64,000 nucleotides of DNA from Candidatus Limnocylindria bacterium (GTDB taxonomy: Bacteria; Chloroflexota; Limnocylindria; Limnocylindrales; CSP1-4): contig DATKBB010000012.1 of the NCBI GenBank assembly GCA_035514295.1, forward strand, positions 21,385 through 85,384, read 5' to 3'. The position numbers and the translations under genes are program-made. This document shows positions 22,191 through 30,779 of the stretch, one piece after another. Position 1 is the first letter of the stretch. The number at the start of each line of letters is the position of its first letter. The notes below the pieces were generated by a model. It saw only the letters and a list, made by a program, of their open reading frames with translations, ran no database searches and was not told the origin of the DNA.

Positions 22191-23411
22191 CTACGGACTG
22201 GCCGTCGGGCTGGGGCTGGGGCGCGGGGTCGGTGGCTGCGGTGAGAACAGGCCGAAGTCGTCCTCCGGGATGAGCAGTACCTGGCCGATCTGGACCAGGT
22301 CGGGATTGGTGATCTCCGGGTTGGCCAGCAGCAGCTGATCGACCGTCAGGCCGTGATCGAGGGCGATCGAGAACAGCGTGTCGCCCGGCTGGATCGTGTA
22401 CGTCTGGAGCGAAGGGGCCGGCGTGGGAGTCGGCCGGCGGGTAGGTGTGGCCTGCCCGGGCGAGCCGGATGCACCGGCGGCCGGCAGCGTGCGCTGCGGG
22501 TCGCCACCTCCGCCCAGTAGCGAGGGGGCGAGGATGATCGCCGCCACCGCCAGCGCGATGATCACGCCGATGGCCAGCAGGGTGGTTAGGCGGCTCAGCC
22601 ACGAAGCGGAGTCGCCGTAGCTGACCTTGGAGCGGGCTCCGTAGCCGGGTAGCGGCTGGCGGCCCCAGGTCGGGACGACGTCCTCCGGGCGCAGCTTCTC
22701 CGACGAGGGTCGAAAAGCGCGCACCGTCTCGCGACTGGAGCTCGTCGCGGCGGACTGATCGGCGCGGTCGGCGCGGTCGGCCAGGAAGGGCGGCGGCGCT
22801 GCGTCGTGGCCGGACGGCTCAGGCTCTCGCCGGACGGCTGAGGGAGCGTCGAATGTGGGTTCGCGCGGCGCGGGCTCGGCGCCGAGACCGGTCAGCGACT
22901 GCGGCCGGCGCGGAGGTGGTGGCGCAGCGTCCTGTCCCTCACGGGCCTCATCGGGCGACTTGGACGGCACCCGCTCGATGCGCACCGTTGGCTGCGCATC
23001 TGACGCAGCTTCTCGCGCCGGCGGTTCTACGAAGTCCGGCCCGCCATCCGGCGCTCCGTCCGGCGCGCCGCCGGCTGCCTCCTCCGGTGCTGAACCATCC
23101 TGTAGCCAGGCAGGCGCTACGGCCCAGGCGGGCTCGGCGTCACGCGGCTTGTCCGGCAGCCGGCTCTGGCGCAGCGGCACAGGCGTCGCCGCGGCGCGGA
23201 TCGCCCAGTCCTGGAAGATGGGGCAGGTCGTGAAGGCCGCCGCCAGGCAGTACTCGCGCTGATGGGCCAGCGCGCGCGGCGCCGGCTCGGGCTCGGCGTA
23301 GCAGCGGTGGCGGTGGTCGGGTTCGTCCGAGCGACGATCACGGTCGGATTCGAGGGCGACGAATGGGCAGGCGCTCGGTCCCTCCCCAAAGAACAAGCCG
23401 CGTGACGCCAT
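22191..23411 (-). CDS. LysM peptidoglycan-binding domain protein with N-terminal Cys-containing cytoplasmic domain, Pro-rich linker and TM helix
   Basis: C-terminal LysM: YTIQPGDTLFSIALDHGLTVDQLLLANPEITNPDLVQIGQVLLIP. One TM helix. N-terminal region carries 4 Cys (CPF...CYAEP...YCL...CPIF). Confidence 0.7.
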   Translation of the reverse strand: MASRGLFFGEGPSACPFVALESDRDRRSDEPDHRHRCYAEPEPAPRALAHQREYCLAAAFTTCPIFQDWAIRAAATPVPLRQSRLPDKPRDAEPAWAVAPAWLQDGSAPEEAAGGAPDGAPDGGPDFVEPPAREAASDAQPTVRIERVPSKSPDEAREGQDAAPPPPRRPQSLTGLGAEPAPREPTFDAPSAVRREPEPSGHDAAPPPFLADRADRADQSAATSSSRETVRAFRPSSEKLRPEDVVPTWGRQPLPGYGARSKVSYGDSASWLSRLTTLLAIGVIIALAVAAIILAPSLLGGGGDPQRTLPAAGASGSPGQATPTRRPTPTPAPSLQTYTIQPGDTLFSIALDHGLTVDQLLLANPEITNPDLVQIGQVLLIPEDDFGLFSPQPPTPRPSPSPTASP

Positions 23412-23422
23412 TGGCGCCGATT

Positions 23423-24688
23423 CTACGCCGCGGCCACTCCCGCCGGGGCGACGACCATGCCCGCGCCCATCGTCTCGTTGGTCGTCTCGTCGATGAGGAT
23501 GAAGCTGCCCGTGTGGCGATTCTTGCGGTACTCGTCGACGAACAGCGGTGTGCTCGTGCGCAATTGCACGCGCCCGATCTCGTTCAGGCCCAGCGAGACC
23601 GCCGACTCCTCGCGGTGCAGGGTGTTGACGTCGATCCGGTAGCGCACCTCACCCACGATCGCCCGGCCGCTGCGCGTCGTGTGCTTGATGGCATAGCGCC
23701 CGCCTTCCTCCAGGGGGCGCTCGTTCATCCAGCACACCATCGCGTCCAGCTCGGAGGTCACGCTGGGCTGGTTGTGCGGGCGGCAGATCATGTCGCCGCG
23801 CCCAATGTCCAGGTCGTCCTCCAGCAGGATGCTGACCGACAACGGCGGGACGCCCTCCTCCACCGGGCCGTCGAAGGTCTCCACACGCTTGATGCGCGTG
23901 CGGTGGTTGTAGGGCAGCACGACCACCTCGTCGCCGGCCTTGAAGGTGCCCGTGGCGATCTGCCCCGCGTAGCCTCGGTAGTCGTGGTGCTCCTTGTTCT
24001 GGGGCCGGATGATCCACTGCACTGGGAAGCGGCTGTCGATCAGGTTGCGGTCCGAAGCGATGTGCACGTGCTCGAGGTGATAGAGCAGCGATGGCCCCTG
24101 GTACCACTTCATGTACTCCGAGCGCACGACGACGTTGTCGCCGTTCAGCGCCGAGATGGGGATGAAGGTGATGTCGTGCGTCTCAAGCTTCCCCGACCAC
24201 TCGGCGAACTCGGCGCAGATACGATCGAAGACCTCCTCGCTGTAGTCGACCAGGTCCATCTTGTTGACCGCCACCACGATGTGCGGAATGCCCAGCAGCG
24301 AGGCGATGAATGCATGCCGGCGGGACTGCTCGAGACTGCCCTTGCGCGCGTCGATCAGCACGATGGCCAGGTCCGCCGTCGAGGCGCCGGTGACCATGTT
24401 GCGTGTGTACTGGGTGTGGCCCGGCGTGTCGGCGATGATGAACTTGCGGCGGAGCGTCGCGAAGTAGCGGTAGGCCACGTCGATCGTGATCCCCTGTTCG
24501 CGCTCGGCGCGTAGCCCGTCGGTCAGCAGGGCCAGGTCTACGGCGGCGTTGCCGCGCCGCTGGCTGGTCCGCTCGATCGCCGCCAGCTGGTCCTCGAAGA
24601 TGCCCTTCGAGTCGTACAGCAAGCGCCCGATGAGCGTGCTCTTTCCATCGTCAACCGAGCCGGCGGTGGAGAAACGCAGCAGGTCCAC
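23423..24688 (-). CDS. cysN: sulfate adenylyltransferase subunit 1 (GTPase) CysN
   Basis: MDLLRFSTAGSVDDGKSTLIGRLL G1 motif, DTPGH, NKMD. 421 aa with no CysC fusion. Confidence 0.9.
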   Translation of the reverse strand: MDLLRFSTAGSVDDGKSTLIGRLLYDSKGIFEDQLAAIERTSQRRGNAAVDLALLTDGLRAEREQGITIDVAYRYFATLRRKFIIADTPGHTQYTRNMVTGASTADLAIVLIDARKGSLEQSRRHAFIASLLGIPHIVVAVNKMDLVDYSEEVFDRICAEFAEWSGKLETHDITFIPISALNGDNVVVRSEYMKWYQGPSLLYHLEHVHIASDRNLIDSRFPVQWIIRPQNKEHHDYRGYAGQIATGTFKAGDEVVVLPYNHRTRIKRVETFDGPVEEGVPPLSVSILLEDDLDIGRGDMICRPHNQPSVTSELDAMVCWMNERPLEEGGRYAIKHTTRSGRAIVGEVRYRIDVNTLHREESAVSLGLNEIGRVQLRTSTPLFVDEYRKNRHTGSFILIDETTNETMGAGMVVAPAGVAAA

Positions 24689-24780
24689 GAATCAGGTCTC
24701 CTTTGCAGTCGGCCTTCGGCCGCTGCTGCGCGCTAAAGCGGTCGGCTCCGGGCACGGCCGGGGTCCGACCGTCGCTTGCA

Positions 24781-25701
24781 TCAGAAGTAGCCCTCCTTCT
24801 TGCGGTCTTCCATGGCCGTCTCGCTGAAGGCGTCGTCGGCCCTGGTGGCGCCGCGTTCGGTGATGCGGGCGGCGGCGGTCTCGGCCACGATCTCCTCCAG
24901 GCTGGCCGCGCCCGACTGCACCGCGCCGGTGCAGGTCATGTCGCCCACCGTCCGATAGCGCACGGTCATCTTCTCCACCTTCTCGCTGTCGCGGACGATC
25001 AGGTAGGGGTTGACGGCCAGCCACATGCCGTCGCGCTTGAAGACGTCGCGCTCGTGGGCGAAGTAGATGCTGGGGACCTCGAGGCTCTCTCGGGCGATGT
25101 ACTGCCAGACGTCCATCTCGGTCCAGTTCGAAATTGGGAAGACGCGCATGTGCTGGCCTTTGCGGATGCGGCCGTTGAACAGGTTCCACAGCTCCGGGCG
25201 CTGGTTACGTGGATCCCACTGGCCGAACTCGTCGCGCAGCGAAAAGACGCGCTCCTTGGCACGCGCCTTCTCCTCGTCGCGCCGGCCACCACCAAAGACA
25301 GCGTCGAAGCCGTGCTCCTCGATGGCATCGAGCAGCGTCACGGTCTGGAGGCGGTTGCGCGACGGGTCAAGGCCCGGTTCCTCACGCACGCGGCCCTTGT
25401 CGATCGACTCCTGCACAGAGGCGACGATCAGCCGCTCGCCCAGCTCCGCGACTCGGCGATCGCGGAACTCGAGCACCTCGGGAAAGTTGTGGCCGGTGTC
25501 GACGTGCATGATCGGGAAGGGCAGCTTGGCCGGCCGGAAGGCCTTCTCGGCGATTCGCAGCAGGATGATCGAATCCTTGCCGCCCGAGAAGAGCAGCACG
25601 GGCCGCTCGAACTCGGCGGCCACTTCGCGCATGATGAAGATCGATTCGGCTTCGAGGGCGGCCAGGTGGCTCAGGCCGCGTTTGGTCGAGGTCTCAAGCA
25701 T
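24781..25701 (-). CDS. cysD: sulfate adenylyltransferase subunit 2 CysD
   Basis: PAPS reductase-like fold: ...LLFSGGKDSIILLRIA... SGGKDS PP-loop. 306 aa, immediately upstream of cysN. Confidence 0.9.
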   Translation of the reverse strand: MLETSTKRGLSHLAALEAESIFIMREVAAEFERPVLLFSGGKDSIILLRIAEKAFRPAKLPFPIMHVDTGHNFPEVLEFRDRRVAELGERLIVASVQESIDKGRVREEPGLDPSRNRLQTVTLLDAIEEHGFDAVFGGGRRDEEKARAKERVFSLRDEFGQWDPRNQRPELWNLFNGRIRKGQHMRVFPISNWTEMDVWQYIARESLEVPSIYFAHERDVFKRDGMWLAVNPYLIVRDSEKVEKMTVRYRTVGDMTCTGAVQSGAASLEEIVAETAAARITERGATRADDAFSETAMEDRKKEGYF

Positions 25702-25837
25702 TCCGTTCGGGTGAGGATTTGGGCGCGCTCATTCGGGGCGACGGGTAAGTATATGCACCTCGGCGCCACCTGATCCGAATGGCAGCCCTGCAAGATGTCC
25801 ATGCGCCGCTTGACGGTGGTCCCTGCCTAAGCGCACA

Positions 25838-26416
25838 TTGCGGCGCGTGACGATCGAGGGGCTCGCCGCTGCTGACACCGTCGCCGCGGCGGACGACGAG
25901 CGACAGTTCTGCTACCGACATCCGCAGCGGGAGACGGCACTCAGCTGCGGGCGTTGCGAGCGGCCCATCTGCACCAACTGCGCCATACAAGGGCCGGTCG
26001 GTTTTCGCTGCCGGCAGTGCGGCAAGCCGGCCTACGACCCGCTGACCTCCTTCACGTCAGGCCAGCTGGCGCTCGGCGCAGGCGTGGCCCTGACCGCCGG
26101 CCTGGTCAGTGGCACGGCCGGCTCGCTTGGCTTGCTGGGCCTGTGCGTGGCGCTCTTCGCCGGCGGCGTCGCGGCCGAGACGGTCAGGCGCACCATCGGC
26201 TACAAGCAGGGTCCCGTGCTGGCCGGCTTGCTGTTCGGCGGCCTGCTGATCGGCACGCTGGCCGCCTACGCCGCGGTCTACGGCAGCCTCTGGCTGCCGA
26301 GCATGGTCAGCGAGGAGACAGGCGAGCTGCTGGGGTACATGCTGGTGCAGACGGGCGGCTGGGCGCTGCTGGTCGGCGGGGTGGCCTGTTTCGGGGCATA
26401 TTCGCGGCTTCGTTAG
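25838..26416 (+). CDS. zinc-ribbon (B-box/double zinc ribbon-like) domain membrane protein
   Basis: C-x2-C-x4-C-x2-C-x9-C-x2-C cluster (CGRCERPICTNCAIQGPVGFRCRQC) followed by 4-5 hydrophobic helices. TTG/GTG start uncertain. Confidence 0.55.
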   Translation: MRRVTIEGLAAADTVAAADDERQFCYRHPQRETALSCGRCERPICTNCAIQGPVGFRCRQCGKPAYDPLTSFTSGQLALGAGVALTAGLVSGTAGSLGLLGLCVALFAGGVAAETVRRTIGYKQGPVLAGLLFGGLLIGTLAAYAAVYGSLWLPSMVSEETGELLGYMLVQTGGWALLVGGVACFGAYSRLR

Positions 26417-26504
26417 ACTCGGCCGCCGTGCCGTCATTGGCAGGCTGGCTGACGCGGGCGCACAATGTGCTCCCAGACATGACAGCCCGTGAAGGAGTGT
26501 GCTG

Positions 26505-26945
26505 ATGATCGAGCGGATCCGCGTGGCACTGGCCCCGCGCCAGACCGTCCACGCCCACTGTGACATCCCCTGCGGCGTATACGACCCCCAGCAGGCGCGC
26601 ATCGAGGCCGAGTCCTGCTACAAGATCATCCAGAAGTATCACGACTCGAACGACGAGGTCTTCCGCGCCCGCGCCATCCATGTCAAGGAGGAGCGCGCCG
26701 AGCTGACCAAGCACCATATCGACGTGATGTGGCACGACTACTTCAAGCCCGAGCACGTCGAGAAGTTCCCCGACCTGCACGAGGTCTGCTGGAAGGCCGC
26801 CAAGCAGGCCTCCCAGGTCAAGCGCACGGTCGACCTCGATGAGGCGCAGAAGCTGCTCGACCTGATCGACAAGATCGACCACATGTGGCGCGAGACGGGC
26901 GGCGCGCAGACGACGCGCATGCAGCAGCTGCAGGCCGTCGGCTAG
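26505..26945 (+). CDS. sodN: nickel-containing superoxide dismutase precursor SodN
   Basis: Ni-hook HCDIPCGVYDP directly after a 17-aa propeptide (MIERIRVALAPRQTVHA). GAAGGAG RBS lies 7 nt upstream of ATG 26505. Confidence 0.9.
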   Translation: MIERIRVALAPRQTVHAHCDIPCGVYDPQQARIEAESCYKIIQKYHDSNDEVFRARAIHVKEERAELTKHHIDVMWHDYFKPEHVEKFPDLHEVCWKAAKQASQVKRTVDLDEAQKLLDLIDKIDHMWRETGGAQTTRMQQLQAVG

Positions 26946-26966
26946 GCCGACAACGACACACCAGCC

Positions 26967-27374
26967 ATGCGCCGCCCCGGGCTGAGCCTCGGGGCGGTTC
27001 TCTTTGTGGCGGCGTCCGTGGCCCTCGCTCCGCTGCTGGCGCAGTTCCGGCGTTCGTGGCCCTGGCGCGTGACCGTGGAAGGCCACAGCATGGAACCGAC
27101 TCTCCGCGCCGGCGACTGGCTGCTGGTGGACCCGCTGGCCTACGGACGGCGGACGCCCCAGGTAGGCGAGCTCATCGTGGCGCGGGACCCCCGACTACCT
27201 GCCCGCTGGCTCGTCAAGCGCGTCGCCGCCGTGGACCGGCAGGGCCGGCTCACGCTGGCCGGCGACCACCCCTCGCACCGTCAGGACGACCTGCCGGCCG
27301 TGGAGCGGCAGTTCGTCGTCGGGCGGCCGTGGCTGCGCTACTGGCCACCGGGTCGCATCGGGCGCCTGACCTAG
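26967..27374 (+). CDS. sodX: NiSOD maturation protease SodX (S26 signal-peptidase family)
   Basis: S26 catalytic Ser in GHSMEPTL and Lys in WLVKRVAA. Immediately downstream of sodN. Confidence 0.8.
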   Translation: MRRPGLSLGAVLFVAASVALAPLLAQFRRSWPWRVTVEGHSMEPTLRAGDWLLVDPLAYGRRTPQVGELIVARDPRLPARWLVKRVAAVDRQGRLTLAGDHPSHRQDDLPAVERQFVVGRPWLRYWPPGRIGRLT

Positions 27375-27630
27375 GCAGATGACTGCTTTGCCGCCCGACG
27401 CCGCTCGCCGGACGTGCGTGTGCTGCACCTATCGGCGAATCAGTCGCTGAGTGTGTCGTCCGGTGCACCGACCGGCCAGGCAGTCTGCCGTTTGCCTGGC
27501 TAAAGCGTGCGGGTGAGCGCATACCAGGCCATTGGTTGGCCGTTAGGTGCACGGGGTGCACAGGCCGCGCAGCAGGCCGGCCACGGCCCGGCGCACCAGG
27601 CCCGCGGCCCAGCCCGCCTGGCTGGCTCGG

Positions 27631-28593
27631 TCAGCCTTCGATCAGGACCTCGCCCAGCAGCGCCACCATCTCCAGGTCGCGCGGCAGAAAGTCCTGCAGC
27701 ATGAGCCGTTGCGCGCCTGCCTCTTCGAACGTCGCCACCTGCCGGCGCGCCTCGTCGGGCGTGCCGATGACCCAGCGCTGCCGGCGCTCCGCCAGCCACG
27801 CCTCGGCGTCGCCGTCGCCGGTGTCTCCCAGCGCGGCCATCAGCTCGCGCACGCGGCGCCTCACCTCGTCCTGGTTGCGCCCCACGAGCACGCCCGTCAT
27901 TGCCGAGCGAGTGACCTCAGCGGGGTCGCGGTCCACGTCGCGGCAAGCGCCATCGAGTCGGGCGAAGGCCTCGCCAATTTTGGCCGGGGCGGCGGAGGAG
28001 ATGTTTAACTCGTCGGCGTATTGCGCCACGAGGCGGGCCATGCGCGGCCCGCCCGCGCCGCCGGCCAGGATGTTGGGATGTCGCCGCCCGTCGCGCGCCG
28101 GCGGCTTAGGGTAGAAGAGCGCATCGGCCAGCTGCCAGTGGCGGCCCTCGTAGCTCCAGCCGTCGGGCTCGGTCCACAGGCCGTGCAGGATGGCCAGCTG
28201 CTCCTCCAGCATGTCGAAGCGCTCGCCGGTGGGTGGGAAGCGCAGGCCGAGCTGGCGGTGCTCCTCCTCGTTCCAGCCCGCGCCCAGGCCCACCTCCACC
28301 CGGCCGTCGCTCATCTCGGCCACGGTCGTGACCACCTTGGCCAGGTTGCCCGGCAGGCGGAAGGTGACCGGTGAGACAAGCACGCCCAGGTTGATGCGCG
28401 CCGTCTCACGGGCCAGCCCGGCGAGTGTCGCCCAGGCATCGGTGGTCGGCTTGCCCGCTCCGCCAGGGAAGCTGGCGTAGTGGTCGGAGCGGAAGTAGGC
28501 CTCGAAGCCGGCTTCCTCGGCGGCCCGGGTCAGGGCCAGGATGTCCTCGTAGCTCAGGCCCTGCTGGGGCTCGCTCATCAGGCAAAAGCGCAT
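27631..28593 (-). CDS. LLM-class flavin/F420-dependent oxidoreductase
   Basis: MRFCLMSEPQQGLSYEDILALTRAAEEAGFEAYFRSDHY... luciferase-like TIM barrel. ATG at 28593 has a GGAGG RBS; the ORF-track N-terminal extension is rejected. Confidence 0.8.
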   Translation of the reverse strand: MRFCLMSEPQQGLSYEDILALTRAAEEAGFEAYFRSDHYASFPGGAGKPTTDAWATLAGLARETARINLGVLVSPVTFRLPGNLAKVVTTVAEMSDGRVEVGLGAGWNEEEHRQLGLRFPPTGERFDMLEEQLAILHGLWTEPDGWSYEGRHWQLADALFYPKPPARDGRRHPNILAGGAGGPRMARLVAQYADELNISSAAPAKIGEAFARLDGACRDVDRDPAEVTRSAMTGVLVGRNQDEVRRRVRELMAALGDTGDGDAEAWLAERRQRWVIGTPDEARRQVATFEEAGAQRLMLQDFLPRDLEMVALLGEVLIEG

Positions 28594-28660
28594 GCGGTGC
28601 CTCCGGGCTGGCGACCCCGCCGCGCTGGGCATCAAGCGGCGCGGGTGCGCCGCCCAATGG

Positions 28661-29578
28661 TCACACGGATGGGCGCAACGGGTCCGCCGGCCGGTTGTCG
28701 GCCGCCCAGCGCCGACGCAGGCGCAATGCGATGAAGACGACCAGCGCCAGCGGCAGCAGGACCGGCAGGGCCACGATGGCCAGCCAGATGACCATGCTGG
28801 ACAGTGCCTGGCTGATGCGGATGAGATCGGCCAGGGCTCGATCAACCTCGGCGCTCAACTGCCAGCCCTCCTGGGCCAGGCTCGCGGCGACGACGGGCGA
28901 TTCGAACGAGACCGTCAGCGTCCCGAAGGCGGCACGGTCGCGGAGATGGTCTCGGCTGGCGGTCAGCTGCTCGATCTGGCCGCGCACGTTGGACAGTTCG
29001 CGCTGGACCTGGAGCACGTCCTCGATGGTGCCGGCGCGGGTCATGATCTCCTGCAGGGCGGCCTCGGATGCGCGCAGGTTGGCGATGCGTGCCTCCAGGT
29101 CGATCACCTCGGCGGTCACCTCGGCCGATTCGGTCGACTCGTTGAGGACTCGCCCGGCCAGGCCCCGCAGCCCGCCCACGGCCTCCGCCCAGCGCTCGGA
29201 CGGCACGCGGAACGTGACCGAGGCCGACTGCTCCGAGGTGGTGTTGAACTCCTCCGAGCCGGCGACGTAGCCTCCCAGATCGACGATCAGGCGGGTTGCC
29301 GACTCGACGGCCGGGGCGATCTCGGCGACCTCCAGCCGCAGCCGGCCGGTGTACACGATCAAGGCGCCGTCACGCACGCCGTTCTCCAGGTCGGCCGTGG
29401 CACCGTCTTCCGAGGGTGCTTCCGGAGCCGGCCGTCCCTGCCCGTTCGAGCCGTCCTCCCCTGCTGGCTGGGGCATGGCCGGCGCGGCGGCGCAGGCCGC
29501 GGCCAGCAGGACGACCAAGGAGATCAAGAGGATGAGAAGAGCCGGGCTGTAGGACCGTCGAGCGAGCATGGCTGTCAC
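28661..29578 (-). CDS. DUF4349 domain-containing (lipo)protein
   Basis: Signal peptide, coiled-coil-rich periplasmic region (...LEARIANLRASEAALQEIM...), and a C-terminal TM anchor typical of DUF4349. Confidence 0.6.
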   Translation of the reverse strand: MTAMLARRSYSPALLILLISLVVLLAAACAAAPAMPQPAGEDGSNGQGRPAPEAPSEDGATADLENGVRDGALIVYTGRLRLEVAEIAPAVESATRLIVDLGGYVAGSEEFNTTSEQSASVTFRVPSERWAEAVGGLRGLAGRVLNESTESAEVTAEVIDLEARIANLRASEAALQEIMTRAGTIEDVLQVQRELSNVRGQIEQLTASRDHLRDRAAFGTLTVSFESPVVAASLAQEGWQLSAEVDRALADLIRISQALSSMVIWLAIVALPVLLPLALVVFIALRLRRRWAADNRPADPLRPSV

Positions 29579-29689
29579 TCCTGAGTGAACCCCCAGACCT
29601 TCCGCCAGCGTGGCAGGGCACTGTTTGGACGCGGCCGCTCACCGGTTGAGTTCCGTTAACCCGCAGCCGTGCTCCACTAACATGGCCCG

Positions 29690-30169
29690 GTGACGGAGCG
29701 AGTGATGGCCATACCGCCCGGGCTAGAGGCCCCGGGCAGCGCGACGGGCAGCTTCCTGGCGCTGGCCAGCCTGTCCGATCTGCCGGCGGGGGCGTTCTTT
29801 CGCGTAACACGTGGCGACCTGGACGTGCTCCTGGCCCATACGGCGGCGGGCATCTGCGCCACCGACGATCGCTGCCCGCACATGTCCGCCCCGCTCTCGC
29901 TGGGAAGGCTGGAGGGCTGCCTGATCGCCTGCCCGTTGCACAGCGGCAGCTTCGACCTGTCGACGGGCGAGGTCGTCCTGTTCCCCACGACGGGCGGCCT
30001 GGACGCCGACGGACGAGTGCATCCCCCGTGGTCGCCGCCCGACAGTCCGCCCAAGCCCGAGCCGTCGGACATCAAGGCGCGGGCGCGAGCCGCGACGCGG
30101 GTCCGTCGCGTGCGCTACTACCCGGTGCGCATCAGGCGGGGCATGGTCGAGGTGCGCCTACCCGGCTGA
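29690..30169 (+). CDS. Rieske [2Fe-2S] ferredoxin-like protein (non-heme iron oxygenase ferredoxin component)
   Basis: CPHMSAPLSLG...CPLHSGSFD (C-x-H ... C-x2-H). About 150 aa. Confidence 0.75.
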   Translation: MTERVMAIPPGLEAPGSATGSFLALASLSDLPAGAFFRVTRGDLDVLLAHTAAGICATDDRCPHMSAPLSLGRLEGCLIACPLHSGSFDLSTGEVVLFPTTGGLDADGRVHPPWSPPDSPPKPEPSDIKARARAATRVRRVRYYPVRIRRGMVEVRLPG

Positions 30170-30192
30170 GGGTATCGGTGCCCGGGGCGGGC

Positions 30193-30690
30193 GTGAGGGA
30201 GCAAAGCAGGTTGGACCTACGCAGAGTGCGGACGATCCGCAGCGCAATCGAGGTCAGGGCACCGCTCGAGGTCGTGTGGCAGGTGCTGACCGATTTCGGC
30301 GCCTACCCGGAGTGGAACCCGCACCTCCGCCAGGTACGCGGCAAGCCGCGCCTGGGACGCCGTATCTCCATCGTCAGCCAGCCGCCCGGCGCGCGCAGGA
30401 TGCGCTTCCGGCCGCTGATCGTAGCCTGGCTTCCACCGCACGAGCTGCGCTGGCGCTCGACTTTCGTCACGCCACGCCTGTTCAGCGGCGAGCACGGCTT
30501 CCGGCTCGAGCCGCTGGGCGACGAACGCGTTCGCTTCGTGCAGGACGAGACGTTCCGCGGCCTGCTCGTACCGCTCTTCTCCCGGTTTCGGCTGCACGCC
30601 ACCCGGCGCGGCTTCGAGCAGGTCAACCAGGCACTGCGCGAGCGCGCCGAGCTGCTCGCCGCCGAGCTGCGCGTGGGACGTAGGGACTAG
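30193..30690 (+). CDS. SRPBCC (START/Bet v1/polyketide cyclase-like) family protein
   Basis: ...IEVRAPLEVVWQVLTDFGAYPEWNP... typical SRPBCC N-terminus. GTG start inferred just after the Rieske ferredoxin stop. Confidence 0.6.
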   Translation: MREQSRLDLRRVRTIRSAIEVRAPLEVVWQVLTDFGAYPEWNPHLRQVRGKPRLGRRISIVSQPPGARRMRFRPLIVAWLPPHELRWRSTFVTPRLFSGEHGFRLEPLGDERVRFVQDETFRGLLVPLFSRFRLHATRRGFEQVNQALRERAELLAAELRVGRRD

Positions 30691-30779
30691 AGCAGCCGCC
30701 TCTAGGAGCCATAGCGCCGGCGGTCCGCCGGTGGCCAGGATGGGCCATGGCTCTCGCCGTGGCCATGGAGGCTCTCCGC

